A stretch of DNA of 64,000 nt from the human T2T-CHM13v2.0 reference genome, Homo sapiens, in assembly GCF_009914755.1 (NCBI RefSeq), contig NC_060943.1; one strand, given 5' to 3'. Positions 52,001-64,000 of the stretch are shown here, one piece after another. Every line of letters starts with the position of its first letter. Positions within the stretch are counted from its first letter, which is position 1. Under the pieces are notes generated by a model that had not been told where the DNA came from, ran no database searches, and saw only the letters and a program-made list of their open reading frames with translations. Made by a program: the position numbers and the translations under genes.

Positions 52001-55000
52001 ACTCTGTTTGTAAAGTCTGCAAGTGGATATTCAGACCTCCTTGAGGCATTCGTTGGAAACGGGATTTCTTCATATTATGCTAGACAGAAGAATTCTCAGT
52101 AACTTCCTTGTGTTGTGTGTATTCAACTCACAGAGTTGAACGATCCTTTACACAGAGCAGACTTGAAACACTCTTTTTGTGGAATTTGCAAGTGGAGATT
52201 TCAGCCGCTTTGAGTTCAATGGTAGAATAGGAAATATCTTCCTATAGAAACTAGACAGAATGATTCTCAGAAACTCCTTTGTGATGTGTGCGTTCAACTC
52301 ACAGAGTTCAACCTTTCTTTTCATAGAGCAGTTGGGAAACACTCTGTTTGTAAAGTCTGCAAGTGGATATTCAGACTTCTTTGAGGCCTTCGTTGGAAGC
52401 GGGATTTCTTCATGTTCAGCTAGACAGAAGAATTCTCAGAAACTTCCTTGTGTTGTGTGTTTTCAACTCACAGAGTTGAACGATCCTTTACACAGAGCAG
52501 ACTTGAAACACTCCTTTTGTGGAATTTGCAAGTGGAGATTTCAGCCGCTTTGAGGTCAATGGTAGAATAGGAAATATCTTCCTATAGAAACTAGACAGAA
52601 TGATTCTCAGAAACTCCTTTGTGATGTGTGCGTTCAACTCACAGAGTTTAACCTTTCTTTTCATAGAGCAGTTAGGAAACACTCTGTTTGTAAAGTCTGC
52701 AAGTGGATATTCAGACATCCTTGAGGCTTTCGTTGGAAACGGGATTTCTTCATATTCTGCTAGAAAGAAGAATTCTCAGTAACTTCCTTGTGTTGTGTGT
52801 ATTCAACTCACAGAGTTGAACGATCCTTTACACAGAGCAGACTTGAAACACTCTTTTTGTGGAATTTGCAAGTGGAGATTTCAGCCGCTTTGAGGTCAAT
52901 GGTAGAATAGGAAATATCTTCCTATAGAAACTAGACAGAATGATTCTCAGAAACTCCTTTGTGATGTGTGCGTTCAACTCACAGAGTTTAACCTTTCTTT
53001 TCATAGAGCAGTTGGGAAACACTCTGTTTGTAAAGTCTGCAAGTGGATATTCAGACCTCCTTGAGGCTTTCGTTGGAAACGGGATTTCTTCATATTCTGC
53101 TAGAAAGAAGAATTCTCAGTAACTTCCTTGTGTTGTGTGTATTCAACTCACAGAGTTGAACGATCCTTTACACAGAGCAGACTTGAAACACTCTTTTTGT
53201 GGAATTTGCAAGTGGAGATTTCAGCCGCTTTGAGGTCAATGGTAGAATAGGAAATATCTTCCTATAGAAACTAGACAGAATGATTCTCAGAAACTCCTTT
53301 GTGATGTGTGCGTTCAACTCACAGAGTTTAACCTTTCTTTTCATAGAGCAGTTAGGAAACACTCTGTTTGTAAAGTCTGCAAGTGGATATTCAGACATCT
53401 TTGAGGCCTTCGTTGGAAACGGGATTTCTTCATGTTCTGCTAGACAGAAGAATTCTCAGAAACTTCCTTGTGTTGTGTGTTTTCAACTCACAGAGTTGAA
53501 CGATGCTTTACACAGAGTAGACTTGAAACACTCTTTTTGTGTAATTTGCAAGTGGAGATTTCAGCCGCTTTGAGGTCAATGGTAGAAAAGGAAATATCTT
53601 CGTATAAAAACTAGACAGAATGATTCTCAGAAACTCCTTTGTGATGTGTGCGTTCAACTCACAGAGTTTAACCTTTCTTTTCATAGAGCAGTTAGGAAAC
53701 ACTCTGTTTGTAAAGTCTGCAAGTGGATATTCAGACCTCCTTGAGGCCTTCGTTGGAAACGGGATTTCTTCATATTATGCTAGACAGAAGAATTCTCAGT
53801 AACTTCCTTGTGTTGTGTGTATTCAACTCACAGAGTTGAACGATCCTTTACACAGAGCAGACTTGAAACACTCTTTTTGTGGAATTTGCAAGTGGAGATT
53901 TCAGCCGCTTTGAGGTCAATGGTAGAATAGGAAATATCTTCCTATAGAAACTAGACAGAATGATTCTCAGAAACTCCTTTGTGATGTGTGCGTTCAACTC
54001 ACACAGTTTAACCTTTCTTTTCATAGAGCAGTTAGGAAACACTCTGTTTGTAAAGTCTGCAAGTGGATATTCAGACCTCCTTGAGGCATTCGTTGGAAAC
54101 GGGATTTCTTCATATTATGCTAGACAGAAGAATTCTCAGTAACTTCCTTGCGTTGTGTGTATTCAACTCACAGAGTTGAACGATCCTTTACACAGAGCAG
54201 ACTTGAAACACTCTTTTTGTGGAATTTGCAAGTGGAGATTTCAGCCGCTTTGAGTTCAATGGTAGAATAGGAAATATCTTCCTATAGAAACTAGACAGAA
54301 TGATTCTCAGAAACTCCTTTGTGATGTGTGCGTTCAACTCACAGAATTCAACCTTTCTTTTCATAGAGCAGTTGGGAAACACTCTGTTTGTAAAGTCTGC
54401 AAGTGGATATTCAGACTTCTTTGAGGCCTTCGTTGGAAGCGGGATTTCTTCATGTTCAGCTAGACAGAAGAATTCTCAGAAACTTCCTTGTGTTGTGTGT
54501 TTTCAACTCACAGAGTTGAACGATCCTTTACACAGAGCAGACTTGAAACACTCCTTTTGTGGAATTTGCAAGTGGAGATTTCAGCCGCTTTGAGGTCAAT
54601 GGTAGAATAGGAAATATCTTCCTATAGAAACTAGACAGAATGATTCTCAGAAACTCCTTTGTGATGTGTGCGTTCAACTCACAGAGTTTAACCTTTCTTT
54701 TCATAGAGCAGTTAGGAAACACTCTGTTTGTAAAGTCTGCAAGTGGATATTCAGACATCCTTGAGGCTTTCGTTGGAAACGGGATTTCTTCATATTCTGC
54801 TAGAAAGAAGAATTCTCAGTAACTTCCTTGTGTTGTGTGTATTCAACTCACAGAGTTGAACGATCCTTTACACAGAGCAGACTTGAAACACTCTTTTTGT
54901 GGAATTTGCAAGTGGAGATTTCAGCCGCTTTGAGGTCAATGGTAGAATAGGAAATATCTTCCTATAGAAACTAGACAGAATGATTCTCAGAAACTCCTTT

Positions 55001-58000
55001 GTGATGTGTGCGTTCAACTCACAGAGTTTAACCTTTCTTTTCATAGAGCAGTTGGGAAACACTCTGTTTGTAAAGTCTGCAAGTGGATATTCAGACCTCC
55101 TTGAGGCTTTCGTTGGAAACGGGATTTCTTCATATTCTGCTAGAAAGAAGAATTCTCAGTAACTTCCTTGTGTTGTGTGTATTCAACTCACAGAGTTGAA
55201 CGATCCTTTACACAGAGCAGACTTGAAACACTCTTTTTGTGGAATTTGCAAGTGGAGATTTCAGCCGCTTTGAGGTCAATGGTAGAATAGGAAATATCTT
55301 CCTATAGAAACTAGACAGAATGATTCTCAGAAACTCCTTTGTGATGTGTGCGTTCAACTCACAGAGTTTAACCTTTCTTTTCATAGAGCAGTTAGGAAAC
55401 ACTCTGTTTGTAAAGTCTGCAAGTGGATATTCAGACATCTTTGAGGCCTTCGTTGGAAACGGGATTTCTTCATGTTCTGCTAGACAGAAGAATTCTCAGA
55501 AACTTCCTTGTGTTGTGTGTTTTCAACTCACAGAGTTGAACGATGCTTTACACAGAGTAGACTTGAAACACTCTTTTTGTGTAATTTGCAAGTGGAGATT
55601 TCAGCCGCTTTGAGGTCAATGGTAGAAAAGGAAATATCTTCGTATAAAAACTAGACAGAATGATTCTCAGAAACTCCTTTGTGATGTGTGCGTTCAACTC
55701 ACAGAGTTTAACCTTTCTTTTCATAGAGCAGTTAGGAAACACTCTGTTTGTAAAGTCTGCAAGTGGATATTCAGACCTCCTTGAGGCCTTCGTTGGAAAC
55801 GGGATTTCTTCATATTATGCTAGACAGAAGAATTCTCAGTAACTTCCTTGTGTTGTGTGTATTCAACTCACAGAGTTGAACGATCCTTTACACAGAGCAG
55901 ACTTGAAACACTCTTTTTGTGGAATTTGCAAGTGGAGATTTCAGCCGCTTTGAGGTCAATGGTAGAATAGGAAATATCTTCCTATAGAAACTAGACAGAA
56001 TGATTCTCAGAAACTCCTTTGTGATGTGTGCGTTCAACTCACACAGTTTAACCTTTCTTTTCATAGAGCAGTTAGGAAACACTCTGTTTGTAAAGTCTGC
56101 AAGTGGATATTCAGACCTCCTTGAGGCATTCGTTGGAAACGGGATTTCTTCATATTATGCTAGACAGAAGAATTCTCAGTAACTTCCTTGTGTTGTGTGT
56201 ATTCAACTCACAGAGTTGAACGATCCTTTACACAGAGCAGACTTGAAACACTCTTTTTGTGGAATTTGCAAGTGGAGATTTCAGCCGCTTTGAGTTCAAT
56301 GGTAGAATAGGAAATATCTTCCTATAGAAACTAGACAGAATGATTCTCAGAAACTCCTTTGTGATGTGTGCGTTCAACTCACAGAGTTCAACCTTTCTTT
56401 TCATAGAGCAGTTGGGAAACACTCTGTTTGTAAAGTCTGCAAGTGGATATTCAGACTTCTTTGAGGCCTTCGTTGGAAGCGGGATTTCTTCATGTTCAGC
56501 TAGACAGAAGAATTCTCATAAACTTCCTTGTGTTGTGTGTTTTCAACTCACAGAGTTGAACGATCCTTTACACAGAGCAGACTTGAAACACTCCTTTTGT
56601 GGAATTTGCAAGTGGAGATTTCAGCCGCTTTGAGGTCAATGGTAGAATAGGAAATATCTTCCTATAGAAACTAGACAGAATGATTCTCAGAAACTCCTTT
56701 GTGATGTGTGCGTTCAACTCACAGAGTTTAACCTTTCTTTTCATAGAGCAGTTAGGAAACACTCTGTTTGTAAAGTCTGCAAGTGGATATTCAGACATCC
56801 TTGAGGCTTTCGTTGGAAACGGGATTTCTTCATATTCTGCTAGAAAGAAGAATTCTCAGTAACTTCCTTGTGTTGTGTGTATTCAACTCACAGAGTTGAA
56901 CGATCCTTTACACAGAGCAGACTTGAAACACTCTTTTTGTGGAATTTGCAAGTGGAGATTTCAGCCGCTTTGAGGTCAATGGTAGAATAGGAAATATCTT
57001 CCTATAGAAACTAGACAGAATGATTCTCAGAAACTCCTTTGTGATGTGTGCGTTCAACTCACAGAGTTTAACCTTTCTTTTCATAGAGCAGTTGGGAAAC
57101 ACTCTGTTTGTAAAGTCTGCAAGTGGATATTCAGACCTCCTTGAGGCTTTCGTTGGAAACGGGATTTCTTCATATTCTGCTAGAAAGAAGAATTCTCAGT
57201 AACTTCCTTGTGTTGTGTGTATTCAACTCACAGAGTTGAACGATCCTTTACACAGAGCAGACTTGAAACACTCTTTTTGTGGAATTTGCAAGTGGAGATT
57301 TCAGCCGCTTTGAGGTCAATGGTAGAATAGGAAATATCTTCCTATAGAAACTAGACAGAATGATTCTCAGAAACTCCTTTGTGATGTGTGCGTTCAACTC
57401 ACAGAGTTTAACCTTTCTTTTCATAGAGCAGTTAGGAAACACTCTGTTTGTAAAGTCTGCAAGTGGATATTCAGACATCTTTGAGGCCTTCGTTGGAAAC
57501 GGGATTTCTTCATGTTCTGCTAGACAGAAGAATTCTCAGAAACTTCCTTGTGTTGTGTGTTTTCAACTCACAGAGTTGAACGATGCTTTACACAGAGTAG
57601 ACTTGAAACACTCTTTTTGTGTAATTTGCAAGTGGAGATTTCAGCCGCTTTGAGGTCAATGGTAGAAAAGGAAATATCTTCGTATAAAAACTAGACAGAA
57701 TGATTCTCAGAAACTCCTTTGTGATGTGTGCGTTCAACTCACAGAGTTTAACCTTTCTTTTCATAGAGCAGTTAGGAAACACTCTGTTTGTAAAGTCTGC
57801 AAGTGGATATTCAGACCTCCTTGAGGCCTTCGTTGGAAACGGGATTTCTTCATATTATGCTAGACAGAAGAATTCTCAGTAACTTCCTTGTGTTGTGTGT
57901 ATTCAACTCACAGAGTTGAACGATCCTTTACACAGAGCAGACTTGAAACACTCTTTTTGTGGAATTTGCAAGTGGAGATTTCAGCCGCTTTGAGGTCAAT

Positions 58001-61000
58001 GGTAGAATAGGAAATATCTTCCTATAGAAACTAGACAGAATGATTCTCAGAAACTCCTTTGTGATGTGTGCGTTCAACTCACACAGTTTAACCTTTCTTT
58101 TCATAGAGCAGTTAGGAAACACTCTGTTTGTAAAGTCTGCAAGTGGATATTCAGACCTCCTTGAGGCATTCGTTGGAAACGGGATTTCTTCATATTATGC
58201 TAGACAGAAGAATTCTCAGTAACTTCCTTGTGTTGTGTGTATTCAACTCACAGAGTTGAACGATCCTTTACACAGAGCAGACTTGAAACACTCTTTTTGT
58301 GGAATTTGCAAGTGGAGATTTCAGCCGCTTTGAGTTCAATGGTAGAATAGGAAATACCTTCCTATAGAAACTAGACAGAATGATTCTCAGAAACTCCTTT
58401 GTGATGTGTGCGTTCAACTCACAGAGTTCAACCTTTCTTTTCATAGAGCAGTTGGGAAACACTCTGTTTGTAAAGTCTGCAAGTGGATATTCAGACTTCT
58501 TTGAGGCCTTCGTTGGAAGCGGGATTTCTTCATGTTCAGCTAGACAGAAGAATTCTCAGAAACTTCCTTGTGTTGTGTGTTTTCAACTCACAGAGTTGAA
58601 CGATCCTTTACACAGAGCAGACTTGAAACACTCCTTTTGTGGAATTTGCAAGTGGAGATTTCAGCCGCTTTGAGGTCAATGGTAGAATAGGAAATATCTT
58701 CCTATAGAAACTAGACAGAATGATTCTCAGAAACTCCTTTGTGATGTGTGCGTTCAACTCACAGAGTTTAACCTTTCTTTTCATAGAGCAGTTAGGAAAC
58801 ACTCTGTTTGTAAAGTCTGCAAGTGGATATTCAGACATCCTTGAGGCTTTCGTTGGAAACGGGATTTCTTCATATTCTGCTAGAAAGAAGAATTCTCAGT
58901 AACTTCCTTGTGTTGTGTGTATTCAACTCACAGAGTTGAACGATCCTTTACACAGAGCAGACTTGAAACACTCTTTTTGTGGAATTTGCAAGTGGAGATT
59001 TCAGCCGCTTTGAGGTCAATGGTAGAATAGGAAATATCTTCCTATAGAAACTAGACAGAATGATTCTCAGAAACTCCTTTGTGATGTGTGCGTTCAACTC
59101 ACAGAGTTTAACCTTTCTTTTCATAGAGCAGTTGGGAAACACTCTGTTTGTAAAGTCTGCAAGTGGATATTCAGACCTCCTTGAGGCTTTCGTTGGAAAC
59201 GGGATTTCTTCATATTCTGCTAGAAAGAAGAATTCTCAGTAACTTCCTTGTGTTGTGTGTATTCAACTCACAGAGTTGAACGATCCTTTACACAGAGCAG
59301 ACTTGAAACACTCTTTTTGTGGAATTTGCAAGTGGAGATTTCAGCCGCTTTGAGGTCAATGGTAGAATAGGAAATATCTTCCTATAGAAACTAGACAGAA
59401 TGATTCTCAGAAACTCCTTTGTGATGTGTGCGTTCAACTCACAGAGTTTAACCTTTCTTTTCATAGAGCAGTTAGGAAACACTCTGTTTGTAAAGTCTGC
59501 AAGTGGATATTCAGACATCTTTGAGGCCTTCGTTGGAAACGGGATTTCTTCATGTTCTGCTAGACAGAAGAATTCTCAGAAACTTCCTTGTGTTGTGTGT
59601 TTTCAACTCACAGAGTTGAACGATGCTTTACACAGAGTAGACTTGAAACACTCTTTTTGTGTAATTTGCAAGTGGAGATTTCAGCCGCTTTGAGGTCAAT
59701 GGTAGAAAAGGAAATATCTTCGTATAAAAACTAGACAGAATGATTCTCAGAAACTCCTTTGTGATGTGTGCGTTCAACTCACAGAGTTTAACCTTTCTTT
59801 TCATAGAGCAGTTAGGAAACACTCTGTTTGTAAAGTCTGCAAGTGGATATTCAGACCTCCTTGAGGCCTTCGTTGGAAACGGGATTTCTTCATATTATGC
59901 TAGACAGAAGAATTCTCAGTAACTTCCTTGTGTTGTGTGTATTCAACTCACAGAGTTGAACGATCCTTTACACAGAGCAGACTTGAAACACTCTTTTTGT
60001 GGAATTTGCAAGTGGAGATTTCAGCCGCTTTGAGGTCAATGGTAGAATAGGAAATATCTTCCTATAGAAACTAGACAGAATGATTCTCAGAAACTCCTTT
60101 GTGATGTGTGCGTTCAACTCACACAGTTTAACCTTTCTTTTCATAGAGCAGTTAGGAAACACTCTGTTTGTAAAGTCTGCAAGTGGATATTCAGACCTCC
60201 TTGAGGCATTCGTTGGAAACGGGATTTCTTCATATTATGCTAGACAGAAGAATTCTCAGTAACTTCCTTGTGTTGTGTGTATTCAACTCACAGAGTTGAA
60301 CGATCCTTTACACAGAGCAGACTTGAAACACTCTTTTTGTGGAATTTGCAAGTGGAGATTTCAGCCGCTTTGAGTTCAATGGTAGAATAGGAAATATCTT
60401 CCTATAGAAACTAGACAGAATGATTCTCAGAAACTCCTTTGTGATGTGTGCGTTCAACTCACAGAGTTCAACCTTTCTTTTCATAGAGCAGTTGGGAAAC
60501 ACTCTGTTTGTAAAGTCTGCAAGTGGATATTCAGACTTCTTTGAGGCCTTCGTTGGAAGCGGGATTTCTTCATGTTCAGCTAGACAGAAGAATTCTCAGA
60601 AACTTCCTTGTGTTGTGTGTTTTCAACTCACAGAGTTGAACGATCCTTTACACAGAGCAGACTTGAAACACTCCTTTTGTGGAATTTGCAAGTGGAGATT
60701 TCAGCCGCTTTGAGGTCAATGGTAGAATAGGAAATATCTTCCTATAGAAACTAGACAGAATGATTCTCAGAAACTCCTTTGTGATGTGTGCGTTCAACTC
60801 ACAGAGTTTAACCTTTCTTTTCATAGAGCAGTTAGGAAACACTCTGTTTGTAAAGTCTGCAAGTGGATATTCAGACATCCTTGAGGCTTTCGTTGGAAAC
60901 GGGATTTCTTCATATTCTGCTAGAAAGAAGAATTCTCAGTAACTTCCTTGTGTTGTGTGTATTCAACTCACAGAGTTGAACGATCCTTTACACAGAGCAG

Positions 61001-64000
61001 ACTTGAAACACTCTTTTTGTGGAATTTGCAAGTGGAGATTTCAGCCGCTTTGAGGTCAATGGTAGAATAGGAAATATCTTCCTATAGAAACTAGACAGAA
61101 TGATTCTCAGAAACTCCTTTGTGATGTGTGCGTTCAACTCACAGAGTTTAACCTTTCTTTTCATAGAGCAGTTGGGAAACACTCTGTTTGTAAAGTCTGC
61201 AAGTGGATATTCAGACCTCCTTGAGGCTTTCGTTGGAAACGGGATTTCTTCATATTCTGCTAGAAAGAAGAATTCTCAGTAACTTCCTTGTGTTGTGTGT
61301 ATTCAACTCACAGAGTTGAACGATCCTTTACACAGAGCAGACTTGAAACACTCTTTTTGTGGAATTTGCAAGTGGAGATTTCAGCCGCTTTGAGGTCAAT
61401 GGTAGAATAGGAAATATCTTCCTATAGAAACTAGACAGAATGATTCTCAGAAACTCCTTTGTGATGTGTGCGTTCAACTCACAGAGTTTAACCTTTCTTT
61501 TCATAGAGCAGTTAGGAAACACTCTGTTTGTAAAGTCTGCAAGTGGATATTCAGACATCTTTGAGGCCTTCGTTGGAAACGGGATTTCTTCATGTTCTGC
61601 TAGACAGAGGAATTCTCAGAAACTTCCTTGTGTTGTGTGTTTTCAACTCACAGAGTTGAACGATGCTTTACACAGAGTAGACTTGAAACACTCTTTTTGT
61701 GTAATTTGCAAGTGGAGATTTCAGCCGCTTTGAGGTCAATGGTAGAAAAGGAAATATCTTCGTATAAAAACTAGACAGAATGATTCTCAGAAACTCCTTT
61801 GTGATGTGTGCGTTCAACTCACAGAGTTTAACCTTTCTTTTCATAGAGCAGTTAGGAAACACTCTGTTTGTAAAGTCTGCAAGTGGATATTCAGACCTCC
61901 TTGAGGCCTTCGTTGGAAACGGGATTTCTTCATATTATGCTAGACAGAAGAATTCTCAGTAACTTCCTTGTGTTGTGTGTATTCAACTCACAGAGTTGAA
62001 CGATCCTTTACACAGAGCAGACTTGAAACACTCTTTTTGTGGAATTTGCAAGTGGAGATTTCAGCCGCTTTGAGGTCAATGGTAGAATAGGAAATATCTT
62101 CCTATAGAAACTAGACAGAATGATTCTCAGAAACTCCTTTGTGATGTGTGCGTTCAACTCACACAGTTTAACCTTTCTTTTCATAGAGCAGTTAGGAAAC
62201 ACTCTGTTTGTAAAGTCTGCAAGTGGATATTCAGACCACCTTGAGGCATTCGTTGGAAACGGGATTTCTTCATATTATGCTAGACAGAAGAATTCTCAGT
62301 AACTTCCTTGTGTTGTGTGTATTCAACTCACAGAGTTGAACGATCCTTTACACAGAGCAGACTTGAAACACTCTTTTTGTGGAATTTGCAAGTGGAGATT
62401 TCAGCCGCTTTGAGGTCAATGGTAGAATAGGAAATATCTTCCTATAGAAACTAGACAGAATGATTCTCAGAAACTCCTTTGTGATGTGTGCGTTCAACTC
62501 ACACAGTTTAACCTTTCTTTTCATAGAGCAGTTAGGAAACACTCTGTTTGTAAAGTCTGCAAGTGGATATTCAGACCTCCTTGAGGCCTTCGTTGGAAAC
62601 GGGATTTCTTCATATTATGCTAGACAGAAGAATTCTCAGTAACTTCCTTGTGTTGTGTGTATTCAACTCACAGAGTTGAACGATCCTTTACACAGAGCAG
62701 ACTTGAAACACTCCTTTTGTGGAATTTGCAAGTGGAGATTTCAGCCGCTTTGAGGTCAATGATAGAATAGGAAATATCTTCCTATAGAAAGTAGACAGAA
62801 TGATTCTCAGAAACTCCTTTGTGATGTGTGCGTTCAACTCACAGAGTTTAACCTTTCTTTTCATAGAGCAGTTAGGAAACACTCTGTTTGTAAAGTCTGC
62901 AAGTGGATATTCAGACCTCCTTGAGGCCTTCGTTGGAAACGGGATTTCTTCATATTATGCTAGACAGAAGAATTCTCAGTAACTTCCTTGTGTTGTGTGT
63001 ATTCAACTCACAGAGTTGAACGATCCTTTACACAGAGCAGACTTGAAACACTCTTTTTGTGGAATTTGCAAGTGGAGATTTCAGCCGCTTTGAGTTCAAT
63101 GGTAGAATAGGAAATATCTTCCTATAGAAACTAGACAGAATGATTCTCATAACTCCTTTGTGATGTGTGCGTTCAACTCACAGAGTTCAACCTTTCTTTT
63201 CATAGAGCAGTTGGGAAACACTCTGTTTGTAAAGTCTGCAAGTGGATATTCAGACTTCTTTGAGGCCTTCGTTGGAAGCGGGATTTCTTCATATTCTGCT
63301 AGACAGAAGAATTCTCAGTAACTGCCTTGTGTTGTGTGTATTCAACTCACAGAGTTGAACGATCCTTTACACAGAGCAGACTTGAAACACTCTTTTTGTG
63401 GAATTTGCAAGTGGAGATTTCAGCCGCTTTGAGGTCAATGGTAGAATAGGAAATATCTTCCTATAGAAACTAGACAGAATGATTCTCAGAAACTCCTTTG
63501 TGATGTGTGCGTTCAACTCACAGAGTTTAACCTTTCTTTTCATAGAGCAGTTAGGAAACACTCTGTTTGTAAAGTCTGCAAGTGGATATTCAGACCTCCT
63601 TGAGGCCTTCGTTGGAAACGGGATTTCTTCATATTATGCTAGACAGAAGAATTCTCAGTAACTTCCTTGTGTTGTGTGTATTCAACTCACAGAGTTGAAC
63701 GATCCTTTACACAGAGCAGACTTGAAACACTCTTTTTGTGGAATTTGCAAGTGGAGATTTCAGCCGCTTTGAGGTCAATGGTAGAATAGGAAATATCTTC
63801 CTATAGAAACTAGACAGAATGATTCTCAGAAACTCCTTTGTGATGTGTGCGTTCAACACACAGAGTTCAACCTTTCTTTTCATAGAGCAGTTGGGAAACA
63901 CTCTGTTTGTAAAGTCTGCAAGTGGATATTCAGACTTCTTTGAGGCCTTCGTTGGAAGCGGGATTTCTTCATATTCTGCTAGACAGAAGAATTCTCAGTA

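Larger units (their letters stand above)
32373..62290 (+). repeat. Homogeneous 12-monomer (6-dimer, 2040-bp) higher-order repeat block, about 14.7 units
   Basis: Six distinguishable dimers recur in a fixed order. The diagnostic segment GATGCTTTACACAGAGTAG...TGTAATTTG...GAAAAGGAAATATCTTCGTATAAAA occurs 14 times (97-aa 'DALHRVD' ORFs at 32881, 36621, 38661, 43420, 45460, 47500, 49200, 51240, 53280, 55320, 57360, 59400, 61440, plus the frameshifted copy at 40701), mostly 2040 bp apart. Confidence 0.92.
1..64000 (+). repeat. Centromeric alpha-satellite array, SF1 dimeric type (340-bp J1/J2-like dimer; D1Z7/D5Z2/D19Z3-like), about 188 dimers, head-to-tail
   Basis: Strict 340-bp period throughout (ORF starts recur every 340 bp; only four small indels totalling 6 bp). 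Alphoid signature motifs are present (ATTCTCAGAAACT, TTCAACTCACAGAGTT, GAAACACTCT, TGCAAGTGGA). There is a CENP-B box in every second monomer and one GAATTC per dimer. The alpha-satellite call is essentially certain; the SF1 chr1/5/19 assignment rests on recognising the sequence and its dimeric organisation. Confidence 0.98.

Noticed and set aside
133-63901. Hundreds of 60-97 aa ORFs on both strands (MILRNSFVMCAF..., MFPNCSMKRK...)
   Set aside because: They are translations of the satellite unit, recurring every 340 bp and overlapping antisense, with lengths toggled by single SNVs. There is no gene structure or recognisable domain. I used them only as variant markers.
1-64000. CRISPR-like array or other novel repeat-spacer system
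   Set aside because: There are no unique spacers or associated genes; the entire unit repeats and is recognisable alpha satellite.
1-64000. Transposon (L1/Alu) insertion, inversion or non-satellite island
   Set aside because: The 340-bp register and orientation are continuous end to end, leaving no room for an insertion or strand switch.
1-64000. Assignment to a specific chromosome or to the kinetochore site (centromere dip region)
   Set aside because: The dimer family is shared among chr1, 5 and 19, and kinetochore position is epigenetic; neither can be read from this window alone.

Overview
The whole 64 kb is one uninterrupted, single-orientation array of primate (human-type) centromeric alpha-satellite DNA. 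The basic unit is a 340-bp dimer (about 188 copies) made of a 171-bp A-type monomer and a 169-bp B-type monomer that carries a CENP-B box, with one EcoRI site per dimer. This matches the suprachromosomal family 1 (J1/J2) dimeric array of the chr1/5/19 type (D1Z7/D5Z2/D19Z3); the chromosome cannot be assigned from this window alone. I found no genes, RNA genes, transposon insertions or inversions, and every listed ORF is a by-product of the repeat. I found no new biological system. What is informative is the pattern of variants between dimers. About 1-32.4 kb is a mosaic of dimer variants with nested duplications (2.72, 4.76 and about 6.5-6.8 kb). About 32.4-62.3 kb is a homogeneous 12-monomer (6-dimer, 2040-bp) higher-order repeat containing a 6.8-kb tandem duplication and two 10-mer variants, with one lone copy of that repeat at about 1.4-3.5 kb. 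Mosaic sequence resumes after about 62.3 kb. Only 2 of the 189 CENP-B box positions look disrupted. All variant calls were made by eye from the sequence and the ORF track, so block boundaries are approximate.
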